64,000 bases of DNA from Erysipelotrichaceae bacterium (lineage in GTDB: Bacteria > Bacillota_I > Bacilli_A > Erysipelotrichales > Erysipelotrichaceae). The notes under the pieces are model-generated. The model was not told where the DNA came from. It did not search any database and saw nothing but the letters and a program-made list of their open reading frames with translations. The stretch lies in assembly GCA_033808805.1 (NCBI GenBank), contig JAPXMY010000004.1, positions 6,241 to 70,240 of the forward strand. Reading direction: 5' to 3'. This document shows positions 38,463-49,943 of this stretch, one piece after another. How positions within the stretch are numbered: position 1 is the first letter of the stretch; each line of letters starts with the position of its first letter. Both the position numbers and the translations under genes were made by a program.

Positions 38463-39137
38463 ATGAAAGGACTAATCGGTAGAAAACTTGGCATGACTCA
38501 AGTATTCGCCAGTGATGGGACACTCATTCCAGTTACAGTCGTTAAGGTATTCCCTAATGTGGTTACCCAGAAGAAAACAGTGGAAAACGATGGTTATGTA
38601 GCACTACAACTTGGAATGGAAGACCTAAAAGAACACAAAGCTACAAAGGCAAACAAAGGGCATGCTGCCAAGGCTAACACAGCACCAAAGAGATTCTATA
38701 GAGAAATCAGAACTGATGAAATGGCTGATTTAGAACTTGGCGCAGTCGTAACTGCAGATTTATTTGAAGCAGGCGACAAGGTTGATGTTCAGGGAACATC
38801 TCGTGGTAAAGGTTACATGGGAGGCGTTTACCGCAATAACCAGAAATTATTATTTGCAACCCATGGTGCAGGACCAGCACACAGAACAATTGGTTCATTA
38901 GCTACCAACGGACGTACTAACGCTCGTATTAATAAGGGTAGAATAATGGCTGGTCAGGAAGGTAATTACACTACTACAAATCAAAACCTGGAAATTATCA
39001 AAGTTGATATGGAAAATGAATGCCTGTTAATTAAAGGAAATGTTCCAGGACCAAGAAGAGGTGTGGTAATTGTAAAAACAACAGTTAAACCTGTTAAACA
39101 CGTTGACCCAGTTGAATTGGTCAACTATGAAATTTAG
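38463..39137 (+). CDS. rplC: 50S ribosomal protein L3
   Basis: MKGLIGRKLGMTQVF. S10 operon order. Confidence 0.97.
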   Translation: MKGLIGRKLGMTQVFASDGTLIPVTVVKVFPNVVTQKKTVENDGYVALQLGMEDLKEHKATKANKGHAAKANTAPKRFYREIRTDEMADLELGAVVTADLFEAGDKVDVQGTSRGKGYMGGVYRNNQKLLFATHGAGPAHRTIGSLATNGRTNARINKGRIMAGQEGNYTTTNQNLEIIKVDMENECLLIKGNVPGPRRGVVIVKTTVKPVKHVDPVELVNYEI

Positions 39138-39151
39138 AAGGAGGCTCACAT

Positions 39152-39784
39152 ATGTCATTGATTGTAAAAGTAACTGACCAAAAAGGTGCTCAATTACATG
39201 ATATCGAATTGAATGAAAATGTCTTCGGTATTGAGCCAAACCAACAGGCGATGTTTGATGCGGTAGTTATGCAGCAGGCATCACTAAGACAAGGCACGCA
39301 TAAAACAAAAGGGCGTAGCGAAGTTAGTGGAGCTAACAAAAAACCTTGGCGTCAAAAGGGAACTGGTCGTGCAAGACATGGTTCAAGAAAAACCCCACAA
39401 TTCGTTGGTGGTGGAGTGGTATTTGGACCAACTCCAAGAAGCTATAAATACAGAATTAACCGCAAGGTGGCAAGATTGGCTTTAAAATCATATCTATCAA
39501 CATTTGCTGCTGAAGGCAATATTAAAGTTGTTGATAAGATGGTATTCAATGCACCAAAGACTAAAGATTTTGTTCAAGTAATGAAGGACTTAGGTGTAGA
39601 TAGAAAAGTACTATTCGTTTTCGATATAGAAGAAGATTGGGAAAATGCTGAATTAAGTATGAGAAATATTCAAAATGCTACATTCACATTTGCAGAAGGC
39701 ATCAACTGTTTAGAATTAGCTAATTCATATACAATTGTTGCTACTGAATCAGCAATCAATAAGATTGAGGAGGCATTAAAGTAA
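39152..39784 (+). CDS. rplD: 50S ribosomal protein L4
   Basis: KPWRQKGTGRARHGS motif. Operon order. Confidence 0.97.
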   Translation: MSLIVKVTDQKGAQLHDIELNENVFGIEPNQQAMFDAVVMQQASLRQGTHKTKGRSEVSGANKKPWRQKGTGRARHGSRKTPQFVGGGVVFGPTPRSYKYRINRKVARLALKSYLSTFAAEGNIKVVDKMVFNAPKTKDFVQVMKDLGVDRKVLFVFDIEEDWENAELSMRNIQNATFTFAEGINCLELANSYTIVATESAINKIEEALK

Positions 39785-39785
39785 T

Positions 39786-40073
39786 ATGGCAGCTAGAGAT
39801 ATTATCATTCGTCCAATCGTGACTGAAAAAACAATGTTGCTTCAGGAGCAAGATAACAAAGTAACATTTGAAGTTGCTAAGGGAGTTAACAAAACTGCAG
39901 TAAGACAGGCAGTAGAAGAAATCTTCAATGTAAAAGTTGAAAAAGTAAACATTTCTAACACAGCTTCTAAGAAAAGAAGAGTGGGACGTTATGTTGGTAC
40001 AGTCGGTGGTTATCGCAAAGCTGTCGTTAAATTAGCTGAAGGTTACTCAATCGATCTGTACGATAAGGACTAA
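39786..40073 (+). CDS. rplW: 50S ribosomal protein L23
   Basis: IIRPIVTEKT N-terminus. 95 aa. Confidence 0.96.
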   Translation: MAARDIIIRPIVTEKTMLLQEQDNKVTFEVAKGVNKTAVRQAVEEIFNVKVEKVNISNTASKKRRVGRYVGTVGGYRKAVVKLAEGYSIDLYDKD

Positions 40074-40142
40074 AAAGTAGTTCTTAAAAATTATCGGAAG
40101 ACAACGCTATTTCCGGACAATTGCGTATAGGAGGAAAAGAAA

Positions 40143-40979
40143 GTGGCAATTAAAAAGTATAAACCTACGACTCCTGGTCGTAGAGGAATGACTACAATTG
40201 ACTATAACAAAGTATTAACTGCAAAAAAGCCAGAACGTTCATTATTAGCTCCTAAGAAGTCTCAAGGTGGTCGTAACAATACAGGACGTATCACTACCAG
40301 ACATCAGGGTGGAGGACATAAAAGGGCGTATCGTATCATTGACTTTAAACGCAACAAGGATAATATTCCTGCAAAAGTTGCAACAATCGAATATGATCCA
40401 AACAGAAGCGCTTTTATTGCATTATTAAATTATGTCGATGGTGAAAAACGTTACATCATCGCACCAGAAGGATTAACAGTTGGGCAAACAGTTATCTCAG
40501 GCGAAACAGCTGACATTTTAACAGGTAACTGCTGTCAGATGAACAACATGCCAGATGGTACATTCATTCATAACGTTGAATTAAAACCTGGTAAGGGTGG
40601 ACAGCTGGCAAGAAGTGCTGGTTGCAGTGCTCAAATTCTAGGTTCTGAAGGTAAGTATGTTTTAGTTAGATTATCTTCAGGTGAAGTTAGAAAAATCTTA
40701 GGTGTCTGCCGTGCAACCATTGGTACAGTAGGTAACTCTGATCACAGTTTAGTAAATATTGGTAAAGCTGGCAGATCGCGCTGGCAAGGTAAAAGACCTA
40801 CAGTCAGAGGTTCAGCAATGAACCCAGTTGACCATCCACATGGTGGTGGTGAAGGAAGAACTCCAATCGGACGTAAATCACCAATGACTCCATGGGGCAA
40901 GAAAGCTATGGGTGTAAGAACCCGTAAAAGCAAAAAGAAGAGCAGTCAACTAATTGTTCGCCGTCGTGGCAAGAAGTAA
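40143..40979 (+). CDS. rplB: 50S ribosomal protein L2
   Basis: GTG start follows [25 protein letters not shown] and HPHGGGEG motifs. Confidence 0.97.
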   Translation: MAIKKYKPTTPGRRGMTTIDYNKVLTAKKPERSLLAPKKSQGGRNNTGRITTRHQGGGHKRAYRIIDFKRNKDNIPAKVATIEYDPNRSAFIALLNYVDGEKRYIIAPEGLTVGQTVISGETADILTGNCCQMNNMPDGTFIHNVELKPGKGGQLARSAGCSAQILGSEGKYVLVRLSSGEVRKILGVCRATIGTVGNSDHSLVNIGKAGRSRWQGKRPTVRGSAMNPVDHPHGGGEGRTPIGRKSPMTPWGKKAMGVRTRKSKKKSSQLIVRRRGKK

Positions 40980-40998
40980 TGAAAGGAGATAGATTTAA

Positions 40999-41274
40999 AT
41001 GAGTCGTAGTTTAAAAAAGGGCCCATTCGCCGATAAACATCTATTGAAAAAAGTTGAGGCAATGAACGCTAGTGGAAGAAAAGAAGTTATTAAGACATGG
41101 TCTCGTCGTTCAACGATCTATCCATCATTCTTAGAACACACCTTTGCTGTGCATAACGGTAAAGAACATGTTCCTGTCTATATCACAGAAGATATGGTTG
41201 GTCATAAATTAGGTGAATTCGTTCCAACGAGAAAATTTGGTGGACACGGTGACGATAGAAAGACTAAGAAATAG
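40999..41274 (+). CDS. rpsS: 30S ribosomal protein S19
   Basis: [10 protein letters not shown]...GHKLGEF. Confidence 0.97.
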   Translation: MSRSLKKGPFADKHLLKKVEAMNASGRKEVIKTWSRRSTIYPSFLEHTFAVHNGKEHVPVYITEDMVGHKLGEFVPTRKFGGHGDDRKTKK

Positions 41275-41288
41275 GAGGGAAAATTAAT

Positions 41289-41624
41289 ATGGAAGTAAAA
41301 GCATTAGCCAAAAACGTCCGTTTGACTCCTAGAAAAGTCAGACTGGTCTTAGATTTAGTAAGAGGAAAGAACATTGAAGAAGCATTAGCAATTTTAAAGT
41401 TCACTCCAAGAGCTGCATCACCAGTTGTAGCTAAATTAGTTAAATCAGCTGTAGCAAACGCTACAAACAATCACAACTTAATTGAAGATAAGTTATATAT
41501 CAAAGCTTGTTATGCTGATGAAGCAAGAACATTAAAACGTTGGAGAGCAAGAGCTAGAGGCTCTGCATCTCAAATCTTAAAAAGAAGCAGCCATATTACA
41601 GTAGTGGTTGCAGAAAGAGAATAG
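41289..41624 (+). CDS. rplV: 50S ribosomal protein L22
   Basis: [17 protein letters not shown]. 111 aa. Confidence 0.96.
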   Translation: MEVKALAKNVRLTPRKVRLVLDLVRGKNIEEALAILKFTPRAASPVVAKLVKSAVANATNNHNLIEDKLYIKACYADEARTLKRWRARARGSASQILKRSSHITVVVAERE

Positions 41625-41635
41625 GAGGAAGATTT

Positions 41636-42403
41636 ATGGGTCAGAAAGTATCACCTATTGGAATGCGCGTAGGCGTTATTCGTGATTGGGAATCAAGATG
41701 GTTTGCTGAGAAAGAATATGGCACTTTATTACAAGAAGACATTAAGATCCGTGAATGCCTGTTCAAAGAATTAAAAGATGCTGAAGTAAGCAGAATTGAA
41801 ATTGAAAGAAGCAAAAACAGTGTCCAACTATTCATCAAAACAGCAAGACCTGGTGCTATCATCGGTCAAGATGGTGAAAGAGTTGAAGCGTTAAAGAAAA
41901 AATTAGAAAAAATCATTGATGGCAAGAGATTAAATATTAAAGTAGTCGAAATTGCCAACCCTGATTTAGATGCTCGTTTAGTAGCTAGATCTGTTGCTGA
42001 TCAGTTAGAAGGAAGAGCTTCATTCAGAACTGTTCAGAAAAGAGCAATCCAAAAAACTATGAGAGCTGGAGCAAAGGGAATTAAAACTTTAGTTTCAGGA
42101 AGACTTGGTGGAACTGACATTGCTAGAAGTGAAGGTTATTCTGAGGGTGTTGTACCATTACATACAATCAGAGCAGACATTGACTTTGCACATGAAGGCG
42201 CTATGACAACTTATGGTATTCTGGGTGTTAAAGTATGGATTTGTAGAGGCGAAGTATTAAGAGGCGAAATGGTTAAAGAACCAGAAGCTCCTAAATATAA
42301 TGTTCCTAGAAATACGCGTAGAAGAAACCCTAGAAGAGATAGCTCAAGAAGAGACACAAGATCTAGAAATGCATCAGTTGAAAATAAGGAGGTTGCTGAA
42401 TAA
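41636..42403 (+). CDS. rpsC: 30S ribosomal protein S3 (with an Arg-rich C-terminal tail)
   Basis: [15 protein letters not shown] domain. 255 aa, ending in an [18 protein letters not shown] tail. Confidence 0.97.
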   Translation: MGQKVSPIGMRVGVIRDWESRWFAEKEYGTLLQEDIKIRECLFKELKDAEVSRIEIERSKNSVQLFIKTARPGAIIGQDGERVEALKKKLEKIIDGKRLNIKVVEIANPDLDARLVARSVADQLEGRASFRTVQKRAIQKTMRAGAKGIKTLVSGRLGGTDIARSEGYSEGVVPLHTIRADIDFAHEGAMTTYGILGVKVWICRGEVLRGEMVKEPEAPKYNVPRNTRRRNPRRDSSRRDTRSRNASVENKEVAE

Positions 42404-42822
42404 TGTTAATGCCAAAAAGAACAAAGTACAGAAGACCTCATAGAGTTAGCTACGAAGGCCGTAGCAAAGCTGGTAGAAAAGTACATTTTGGTGAATATGG
42501 TCTGGTTGCAGAACAAGGTGCCTATATCACCAATAACCAAATTGAAGCAGCACGTATCGCAATGACTCGTTATATGAGACGTGGTGGTAAAGTTTGGATT
42601 AAAATATTCCCACATTTAGCTAAAACAGCTAAACCGTTGGAAGTTCGTATGGGTTCTGGTAAAGGTGCTCCAGATGGATGGGTAGCAGTTGTACAAGCTG
42701 GACGCGTTCTATTTGAAGTAGCTGGTGTATCTGAAGAAGTAGCTAGAGAAGCATTACGTTTAGCTGCTCATAAGTTACCTATCAAGACTCGCTTTGTGGT
42801 AAAAGGACAGGAGGAAAAATAG
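42403..42822 (+). CDS. rplP: 50S ribosomal protein L16
   Basis: [11 protein letters not shown]. The start overlaps the rpsC stop (TAATG). Confidence 0.97.
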   Translation: MLMPKRTKYRRPHRVSYEGRSKAGRKVHFGEYGLVAEQGAYITNNQIEAARIAMTRYMRRGGKVWIKIFPHLAKTAKPLEVRMGSGKGAPDGWVAVVQAGRVLFEVAGVSEEVAREALRLAAHKLPIKTRFVVKGQEEK

Positions 42823-42825
42823 TTT

Positions 42826-43023
42826 ATGCAAAAAATGAAAGAAATTCGTCAACTATCTGATGCAGATTTACTAAGACAGATTGATACATTGAAAGAAGAA
42901 CTATTTGACTTGCGTTTCAAACAGGCTACAGGCTTCTTGGAAAACCCTGCACGCATCAGAGAAATTCGTAAAACAATTGCTCGTATTAAAACAGTTTTGA
43001 CAGAACGTCAAAACAATGCTTAA
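42826..43023 (+). CDS. rpmC: 50S ribosomal protein L29
   Basis: 65 aa, with the L29 pattern [20 protein letters not shown]. Confidence 0.95.
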   Translation: MQKMKEIRQLSDADLLRQIDTLKEELFDLRFKQATGFLENPARIREIRKTIARIKTVLTERQNNA

Positions 43024-43037
43024 GGAGGATCTGAAAG

Positions 43038-43301
43038 ATGAAAGAAAGATCAGCTCGTAAAGTTTACCGCGGTGTTGTAGTCAGCAATAAAAGCAATAAG
43101 ACAATCGTTGTTGAAGTTACAACTTCAAAAGACTATGGAAAATATGGTAAACGCGTAAAATATTCAAAGAGATTTGCTGCTCATGATGAAAACAATGTTG
43201 CCAATATTGGTGATAAAGTTGTAATCATGGAAACAAGACCTTTATCTGCTACTAAACATTTCCGTTTAATTGAAGTAGTGGAAAAGGCTCAAGAGTTATA
43301 G
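43038..43301 (+). CDS. rpsQ: 30S ribosomal protein S17
   Basis: [19 protein letters not shown]...YGKRVK...HDENN pattern. Confidence 0.96.
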   Translation: MKERSARKVYRGVVVSNKSNKTIVVEVTTSKDYGKYGKRVKYSKRFAAHDENNVANIGDKVVIMETRPLSATKHFRLIEVVEKAQEL

Positions 43302-43314
43302 GAGGTAATGATAA

Positions 43315-43683
43315 ATGATTCGTAATGAAAGCCGTTTAAAAGTTGCCGACAATACAGGAGCAAAGGAATTATTGGTTATCCGCTGTTTAGGTGGATCTGC
43401 TAGAAAATTTTCTTCTATCGGTGATGTTGTAGTGTGCACAGTTAAAAGTGCTACTCCTCATGGCGCTGTTAAGAAGGGTCAAATTGTTAAAGCGGTTATC
43501 GTTAGAACTACTTACCCAGTAAGAAGAGACAACGGTACATATATCAAGTTTGATGATAACGCTGCAGTTATCATTAAAGAAGACAAGTCACCAGTAGGGA
43601 CTCGTATATTCGGCCCTGTAGCTAGAGAAGTCAGAGAAGCTGAATATACCAAGATTGCTTCCCTTGCTGCTGAAGTTTTATAG
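43315..43683 (+). CDS. rplN: 50S ribosomal protein L14
   Basis: [17 protein letters not shown]. 122 aa. Confidence 0.97.
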   Translation: MIRNESRLKVADNTGAKELLVIRCLGGSARKFSSIGDVVVCTVKSATPHGAVKKGQIVKAVIVRTTYPVRRDNGTYIKFDDNAAVIIKEDKSPVGTRIFGPVAREVREAEYTKIASLAAEVL

Positions 43684-43696
43684 GAGGCAAAAAAGT

Positions 43697-44017
43697 ATGA
43701 AAATCAAAAAAGGTGATAAAGTACAGGTAATTGCTGGAAAGGATAAAGGCGTTACAGGTGATGTATTGGCTGTTTATCCTGACAAGAATAAAGTTGTTGT
43801 TGAAGGTGTTAATATTTTAAAGAAACACGTTAGACCTTCACAGTTAAATCCAGAAGGTGGAATCCTGAGTCAGGAAGCTCCAATTGATGCTTCTAACGTC
43901 ATGGTTTATGACACAAAGAAGAAAGTTGCTGGAAGAGTTGGCTATCGTTTTGAAGGTGGCAAAAAAATTAGAATTAATAAAAAGAGCGGTAACGAAATCA
44001 AGACCGCTAAAAGATAA
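43697..44017 (+). CDS. rplX: 50S ribosomal protein L24
   Basis: [21 protein letters not shown] 43697 follows AGGAGG. The track start at 43655 overlaps rplN. Confidence 0.96.
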   Translation: MKIKKGDKVQVIAGKDKGVTGDVLAVYPDKNKVVVEGVNILKKHVRPSQLNPEGGILSQEAPIDASNVMVYDTKKKVAGRVGYRFEGGKKIRINKKSGNEIKTAKR

Positions 44018-44028
44018 GGAGGAGAAAG

Positions 44029-44568
44029 ATGAATCGTTTAACTCAAAAATTCAATGATGAAGTTGTTAACAAATTGATGGAACGTTTTAACTACTCTTCT
44101 GTTATGGAATGTCCAAGACTTGATAAGATTGTTATCAATATGGGTGTTGGTGATGCTATTGGCAATCCTAAAGCTTTAGAAGAAGCCGTTGAACACTTAA
44201 CACTTATCTCTGGGCAAAAGCCAGTTATCACTAAAGCTAAAAAATCAATTGCTAACTTCAAATTAAGAGACGGTATGTCAATTGGCTGTAAAGTTACTCT
44301 AAGAGGTGAAAGAATGTATGACTTCTTTGATAAGTTGATTTCTATCGCTTTACCACGTGTACGTGACTTCAGAGGCGTTTCAAAAACAGCATTTGATGGT
44401 AGAGGTAACTATACTTTAGGTGTTAAGGAACAATTAATTTTCCCAGAAATCAGTTATGATAAAGTAAATATTACTAGAGGAATGGACATTGTTATTGTAA
44501 CAACAGCAAAAACAAACCAAGAGGCACATGCTTTATTGCAAGCATTGGGAATGCCTTTTGCTAGATAG
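44029..44568 (+). CDS. rplE: 50S ribosomal protein L5
   Basis: [15 protein letters not shown] and [20 protein letters not shown] motifs. Confidence 0.97.
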   Translation: MNRLTQKFNDEVVNKLMERFNYSSVMECPRLDKIVINMGVGDAIGNPKALEEAVEHLTLISGQKPVITKAKKSIANFKLRDGMSIGCKVTLRGERMYDFFDKLISIALPRVRDFRGVSKTAFDGRGNYTLGVKEQLIFPEISYDKVNITRGMDIVIVTTAKTNQEAHALLQALGMPFAR

Positions 44569-44582
44569 GAGGATGAGGAAAA

Positions 44583-44768
44583 ATGGCAAGAAAAGCAATG
44601 ATAAACAAGGCTAATAAACGCGCAAAATTTTCAACCAGAGCATATACTAGATGCGAGCGTTGCGGAAGACCTCATTCAGTCTTAAGAAAATTTAAATTAT
44701 GTCGTATCTGCTTCAGAGAATTAGCTTATAAAGGCGAAATTCCAGGAGTCAGAAAGGCTAGTTGGTAA
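44583..44768 (+). CDS. rpsN: 30S ribosomal protein S14, short zinc-ribbon (type Z) form
   Basis: 61 aa, with CERCGRP...CRIC cysteine pairs. Confidence 0.96.
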   Translation: MARKAMINKANKRAKFSTRAYTRCERCGRPHSVLRKFKLCRICFRELAYKGEIPGVRKASW

Positions 44769-44783
44769 AAGGAGGAAAACACT

Positions 44784-45185
44784 ATGTCAATTACAGATCC
44801 AATTGCTGATATGCTTACACGCATTAGAAATGCTGTACAGGCTAAACACGACAGTGTTTTAATTCCTTGCAGCAAGCAGAAATTAGAAATCGCTAGAATT
44901 TTAAAAGAAGAAGGCTTCATTAATGATTATTCAGTTGATGCTAGTGATAGTGTTAAAAAGAATATTGTTATTTCATTAAAATACGGAAAACATGGCCAGA
45001 AGATTATTCATGGAATCAAACGTATTTCAAAACCTGGCTTAAGAGTTTACGTTGAAGCTGACAAATTGCCAAGAGTTCTAAACGGTTTAGGTATCGCTAT
45101 CATCTCAACATCTAGTGGTGTTATGACTGATAAAGATGCAAAAGTTAAACACGTTGGTGGCGAAGTTCTCGCCTACGTTTGGTAG
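44784..45185 (+). CDS. rpsH: 30S ribosomal protein S8
   Basis: [17 protein letters not shown]. Confidence 0.97.
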   Translation: MSITDPIADMLTRIRNAVQAKHDSVLIPCSKQKLEIARILKEEGFINDYSVDASDSVKKNIVISLKYGKHGQKIIHGIKRISKPGLRVYVEADKLPRVLNGLGIAIISTSSGVMTDKDAKVKHVGGEVLAYVW

Positions 45186-45213
45186 AATTTAATTAAAGAA
45201 AGGAAGACACAAA

Positions 45214-45762
45214 ATGTCACGTATCGGAAATAAAACGATTACCATTCCTGCAGGTGTAGAAATTAATGTTGCTGATGGGAATGAGGTGACTGTTAAAGGG
45301 CCTAAAGGAACTTTAACTCGTCAGTTTGATAGTAGATTAGAAATCGTTGTTGACGAAGGAACTATTACAGTAAAACGTCCAAGTGATGAAAAATTTATCA
45401 AACAATTACATGGTACAACCAGATCATTATTGAATAATATGGTTACAGGTGTATCAGAAGGATTCGTTAAAGAATTAGTTATTGAAGGTGTTGGTTATAG
45501 AGCTGCTGTTGAAGGTCAAACCTTAAGATTGAATATGGGCTTTTCTCATCCAGTAATTATTACTGCTGAAGAGGGCTTAACAATAGAATGCCCTAAACAA
45601 ACACAGATTATCGTAAAAGGCATCGATAAACAAAGAGTCGGTGAATTAGCTGCAAATATTAGAGCCGTCAGAAAACCAGAACCTTATAAAGGTAAAGGTA
45701 TTGCTTACAAGGGTGAAAAGATCCGTCGTAAGGAAGGTAAGACTGCAGCTTCAGGCAAGTAG
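45214..45762 (+). CDS. rplF: 50S ribosomal protein L6
   Basis: [15 protein letters not shown]...PEPYKGKGI. Confidence 0.97.
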   Translation: MSRIGNKTITIPAGVEINVADGNEVTVKGPKGTLTRQFDSRLEIVVDEGTITVKRPSDEKFIKQLHGTTRSLLNNMVTGVSEGFVKELVIEGVGYRAAVEGQTLRLNMGFSHPVIITAEEGLTIECPKQTQIIVKGIDKQRVGELAANIRAVRKPEPYKGKGIAYKGEKIRRKEGKTAASGK

Positions 45763-45778
45763 GGAGGGAGTTTAAGAT

Positions 45779-46135
45779 ATGATTAAAAAAACACCTAGAA
45801 ACAAACAAAGAATTCGTCGTCATATTCGTGTTCGTACCAAAGTCAGTGGTACAGCAGATACTCCACGTTTAAACGTATTCCGTTCAAACGCTCATATCCA
45901 TACACAGATTATTGATGACACAAAGGGAACTACATTAGTTTCAGCAAGTTCAGTTGATATGAAATTAGCTCATGGTGGAAACATCGAAGCTGCTAGGCAG
46001 GTTGGTGCAGAAGTTGCTAAACGTGCTTTAGAAAAGGGTATTGATAAAGTTGTATTCGACCGTGGTGGTTATGTATATCATGGTAGAGTAAAAGCTTTAG
46101 CAGAAGGCGCAAGAGAAGCTGGATTAAAATTCTAA
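45779..46135 (+). CDS. rplR: 50S ribosomal protein L18
   Basis: [27 protein letters not shown]...[16 protein letters not shown]. Confidence 0.97.
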   Translation: MIKKTPRNKQRIRRHIRVRTKVSGTADTPRLNVFRSNAHIHTQIIDDTKGTTLVSASSVDMKLAHGGNIEAARQVGAEVAKRALEKGIDKVVFDRGGYVYHGRVKALAEGAREAGLKF

Positions 46136-46149
46136 TAGGAGGAAAAACA

Positions 46150-46755
46150 GTGACAGAAAAAGAAAACAAAGTTGAAGAAGTTGCTGAAGTAGCTTCTCAA
46201 CCAACAAAAGAAAGAGTCGACAGAAGAAGTCGCAGAAGTGGCGAAAGAACTAGAAGAGTAAGAACTGAACGCCCAGAAAAAGAATTTGAAGAAAGAGTTG
46301 TTAAAATCAATCGTGTCACCAAAGTAGTTAAAGGTGGCAGAAGAATGAAATTCACGGCTTTAGTAGTAGTAGGTGACAAAAAAGGTCGAATCGGTTTTGG
46401 AACCGGTAAAGCAAAAGAAGTACCTGATGCTATTAAGAAAGCTACTGAAAAAGCAACTAAAAATGTTATTAGAGTTTCACTTGTTGATACAACTTTACCT
46501 CATGGTACAGTGGGTAGATATGGCGCTGCTGAAGTAGTGTTAAGACCAGCTGCAGATGGTACAGGCGTTATCGCTGGTGGTCCAGTACGTGCAGTATTGG
46601 AACTGGCAGGTGTTAATAACGTTTTATCAAAATGTATTGGTTCTAGAACTCCTGTCAACCTGGTAAGAGCTACAGTTGAAGGATTAAAGTCAATGAGAAC
46701 AATTGAACAAGTTGCAAAAGCAAGAGGCAGAAAGCCTAACGAAATTCGTTACTAG
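46150..46755 (+). CDS. rpsE: 30S ribosomal protein S5 (with a charged N-terminal extension)
   Basis: GTG start follows AGGAGG. Core motif [19 protein letters not shown]. About 45 extra N-terminal residues rich in E/R. Confidence 0.95.
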   Translation: MTEKENKVEEVAEVASQPTKERVDRRSRRSGERTRRVRTERPEKEFEERVVKINRVTKVVKGGRRMKFTALVVVGDKKGRIGFGTGKAKEVPDAIKKATEKATKNVIRVSLVDTTLPHGTVGRYGAAEVVLRPAADGTGVIAGGPVRAVLELAGVNNVLSKCIGSRTPVNLVRATVEGLKSMRTIEQVAKARGRKPNEIRY

Positions 46756-46767
46756 GAGGTGTGCTCA

Positions 46768-47208
46768 ATGAAATTACATGAATTACAATATACTGAAGGT
46801 GCTCGTAAGAATGGCTTCAGATTAGGTAGAGGTCACGGTAGTGGAAAAGGCAAAACTGCTGGTAAAGGTCATAAAGGCCAATTGGCAAGAAGTGGTGGAC
46901 AGGGTAAATTAGGTTTTGAGGGTGGACAGACTCCACTGGCAAGACGTTTACCTAAACGCGGGTTCACTAATTATACTCGTAAAGAATATGCTGTAGTTAA
47001 CCTGGAACAATTAAATAGATTTGCAGATGGAACAGAAGTTACTGTAGAGCTGCTACAAAACTGTGGAATAGTAAAAGATCTAAAAAATGGCGTTAAAGTT
47101 CTAGGCGATGGCGAACTTGAAAAGAAGTTAGTTGTTAAAGCGAATAAGTTCTCTAAATCTGCTGTAGCAATGATTGAAAAAGCAGGTGGAAAAGCAGAGG
47201 TGGTCTAG
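46768..47208 (+). CDS. rplO: 50S ribosomal protein L15
   Basis: [14 protein letters not shown]...[20 protein letters not shown] 46768 follows AGGAGG and lies only 12 nt after the rpsE stop. Confidence 0.96.
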   Translation: MKLHELQYTEGARKNGFRLGRGHGSGKGKTAGKGHKGQLARSGGQGKLGFEGGQTPLARRLPKRGFTNYTRKEYAVVNLEQLNRFADGTEVTVELLQNCGIVKDLKNGVKVLGDGELEKKLVVKANKFSKSAVAMIEKAGGKAEVV

Positions 47209-47209
47209 G

Positions 47210-48532
47210 ATGATCAAAACTCTAATAGACTTATTTAAAAATAAGGATACCAGAGCAAAAATTTTGTTCACACTAGCAATGCTCTTTGTCTTCAGAGTTG
47301 GAGCAGCAATTACCGTTCCGGGAATTGACACTTCAAAATTAATCTCTGGATTATCAGGCAACTCTTTAGTTGCCATGATGAATATTATAGGAGCAGGAAG
47401 TTGGCAGACATTTTCAATCTTCTCGATGGGTGTTGGGCCATATATCACTTCCAGTATCGTCGTTGAACTGTTAGCAATGGATATTATTCCTCCATTAGCT
47501 GATCTGAAAAAAGACGGTCAAAAAGGACGTCAACAACTTGACAAAATTACGCGTTATGTTGCTGTGGCACTGGGCTTTTTACAGGCCTATACATTGACGA
47601 TGACATTTGATGTATCATATGGCATATTAGTTGATGGAAGTCCGACAACATATTCATATATTGCGACAATCTTGACAGCAGGTACATTTTTACTGGTCTG
47701 GATTGGTGATAGAATTGCAGCATTTGGCATCGGTAATGGTATCTCAATGATTATCTTTGCTGGTATCGTAAGCTCAATGCCTTATCAGTTCTATGCATCG
47801 TTTATGACCTTGGTAGATTTAAGTGCTGATTCAGCCGCAATATTCACTGGATTATTGAAATTTGCACTTATAGTTATCATGTATGTAGCTATCATTGTGC
47901 TGGTAATCTTTACCGATACAGCGCAAAGAAAAATCCCGGTTCAATACACTTCAAGCTCAAGCAGAAGAGGAGCCAGGGATATTAACTACCTGCCATTAAA
48001 GATTAACAGTGCTTCAGTTATGCCAGTAATCTTTGCTTCTATTATTATGGTAGCTCCAAAAACTATCATGAACTTAATCAGTGGAGCAAAATGGTTCAAA
48101 TCGACAGATTTTACAAAAACATTAATTAACGTATTTGATTATATCTCAGACTTTACTAAGCCTGGTGGATTAATCCTTTATGTTGTCATGATTTATGCAT
48201 TCACTTTCTTCTACACTCATATTCAGGTTGATCCTGAAAAAATCAGTGAAAATTTGAATAAATCAGGAACATATATTCCTGGAGTAAGACCTGGAACAGA
48301 AACTAAAAACTATATTACTAAAGTATTAAATAGAATCACTGTTCTTGGCGCATTATTCTTATGTTTCATTGCTTCATTACCTTATCTGTTAAGTATGTTT
48401 ACAGATATTCCAAGTACGATTACAATGGGTGGTACATCAATTATCATCGTTGTAGGGGTAGCTCTTGAGACCGTAAAGGACTTAAAGAATCAATTGACAC
48501 AAAAAGAGTATAAGGGCTTTATGAAGAGGTAA
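47210..48532 (+). CDS. secY: Preprotein translocase subunit SecY
   Basis: ATG 47210 lies 1 nt after the rplO stop. 10-TM protein with KILFTLAMLFVFRVG and GISMIIFAGI segments. Confidence 0.96.
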   Translation: MIKTLIDLFKNKDTRAKILFTLAMLFVFRVGAAITVPGIDTSKLISGLSGNSLVAMMNIIGAGSWQTFSIFSMGVGPYITSSIVVELLAMDIIPPLADLKKDGQKGRQQLDKITRYVAVALGFLQAYTLTMTFDVSYGILVDGSPTTYSYIATILTAGTFLLVWIGDRIAAFGIGNGISMIIFAGIVSSMPYQFYASFMTLVDLSADSAAIFTGLLKFALIVIMYVAIIVLVIFTDTAQRKIPVQYTSSSSRRGARDINYLPLKINSASVMPVIFASIIMVAPKTIMNLISGAKWFKSTDFTKTLINVFDYISDFTKPGGLILYVVMIYAFTFFYTHIQVDPEKISENLNKSGTYIPGVRPGTETKNYITKVLNRITVLGALFLCFIASLPYLLSMFTDIPSTITMGGTSIIIVVGVALETVKDLKNQLTQKEYKGFMKR

Positions 48533-48537
48533 GTAAT

Positions 48538-49188
48538 ATGATGTTAAAAATTGTTATTATGGGACCTGCTGGGTCAGGTAAGGGGACAATGTCTGATGTA
48601 ATTGAGGACAATTATCCTGTGAAGCATATTTCAAGCGGAAGTATGTTTAGAGATGAGATCAGAAATAATACACCACTGGGACAGAAAGCAAACAGTTACA
48701 TTACACAAGGTTTGCTTGTCCCAGATGATGTTACTGTTGAATTGGTTAGAAACCGCATAACCAAAGATGACTGTAAAGATGGTTATCTTCTTGACGGATT
48801 TCCAAGATCGCTGATTCAAGCAGAAGCAATTGATGACTTGGGAATTAATGTGGTGCTCAATTTAACAATTGAAGAACATTTATTAGTTGATAGGATAGTC
48901 TATCGCAGAATATGTGAAGATTGTAAGGCTATCTACAACGTCAAACTTAATCCATTGAAGGATGAAGAACATTGTGAAAAATGTGGTGGAAAACTGTATC
49001 AGAGAAGTGATGATACTTATGACAAATTAATGGTCAGACTACATTCTTATGAAGAAGAAACTAAACCGGTAGTTGATTATTATCGTCAAAAAGGTATTGT
49101 TTATGATGTTGATGCAGGACAATCTGTAGAAGATGTTTACAAACAAATTGACGAAATCTTGACAAAAATTATGGAGGAAGAAAACTAA
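48538..49188 (+). CDS. adk: Adenylate kinase (zinc-lid type)
   Basis: P-loop GPAGSGKGT. Lid cysteines CEDC...CEKC. Confidence 0.96.
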   Translation: MMLKIVIMGPAGSGKGTMSDVIEDNYPVKHISSGSMFRDEIRNNTPLGQKANSYITQGLLVPDDVTVELVRNRITKDDCKDGYLLDGFPRSLIQAEAIDDLGINVVLNLTIEEHLLVDRIVYRRICEDCKAIYNVKLNPLKDEEHCEKCGGKLYQRSDDTYDKLMVRLHSYEEETKPVVDYYRQKGIVYDVDAGQSVEDVYKQIDEILTKIMEEEN

Positions 49189-49191
49189 TTA

Positions 49192-49413
49192 ATGGCAGAC
49201 AAGAATGATGTAATTGAAGTCGAAGGCATTGTGGAAGATACACTTCCTAATGCACAATTTAAAGTGAAGTTACCGAACGGACACACTATTTTGGCCCACG
49301 TTTCTGGTAAAATCCGTATGAATTACATTCGCATTTTACCAGGTGATCGTGTCACACTGGAAATTTCACCTTATGATTTAACACGTGGGCGTATAACATT
49401 TAGACATAAATAG
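49192..49413 (+). CDS. infA: Translation initiation factor IF-1
   Basis: 73 aa S1-fold: [36 protein letters not shown]. Confidence 0.97.
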   Translation: MADKNDVIEVEGIVEDTLPNAQFKVKLPNGHTILAHVSGKIRMNYIRILPGDRVTLEISPYDLTRGRITFRHK

Positions 49414-49431
49414 TCTAGGAGGAAACAATTT

Positions 49432-49545
49432 ATGAAAGTTAGACCATCAGTCAAACCAATCTGTGACAAGTGCCGCATTATCAAACGTAAGGGACGCGTC
49501 ATGGTTATTTGTGAAAATCCTAAACACAAACAAAGACAAGGTTAA
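49432..49545 (+). CDS. rpmJ: 50S ribosomal protein L36 (not in the supplied ORF track, below 60 aa)
   Basis: Translates to [46 protein letters not shown] at 49417-49422. Canonical position between infA and rpsM. Confidence 0.93.
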   Translation: MKVRPSVKPICDKCRIIKRKGRVMVICENPKHKQRQG

Positions 49546-49562
49546 TTGGAGGGAATTAAATT

Positions 49563-49928
49563 ATGGCTCGTATAGCTGGAGTAGACATCCCACGCGATAA
49601 GTGTGTTGGTGTCGCATTAACTTATATTTATGGAATCGGCGCAACTAGAGCAAAGAAGGTGTGTGAAGCAGCAGGTGTAGACACATCAATCAGAGTTAAA
49701 GATTTAACAGATGAACAAGAATTTGCAATACGTACTGAAGTCGATAAAATCAAAACAGAAGGTGATTTAAGAAGAGAAACAAACTTGAATATTAAACGCC
49801 TTATGGAAATTGGCTCTCATAAGGGTAAACGCCATCGTGCAGGTTTACCAGTAAATGGCCAAAGAACTAAAACAAACGCACGTACACGTAAAGGACCACG
49901 TCGTACAGTGGCAAATAAGAAGAAATAA
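49563..49928 (+). CDS. rpsM: 30S ribosomal protein S13
   Basis: [13 protein letters not shown]... Confidence 0.97.
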   Translation: MARIAGVDIPRDKCVGVALTYIYGIGATRAKKVCEAAGVDTSIRVKDLTDEQEFAIRTEVDKIKTEGDLRRETNLNIKRLMEIGSHKGKRHRAGLPVNGQRTKTNARTRKGPRRTVANKKK

Positions 49929-49943
49929 GCGAGGTAATATTAT

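Noticed and set aside
40074-40142. An unusually long (69-nt) rplW-rplB spacer with a cggaa/ttccg hairpin.
   Set aside because: The stem has only 5 Watson-Crick pairs and a ~10-nt loop, which is too weak to call a regulatory element.
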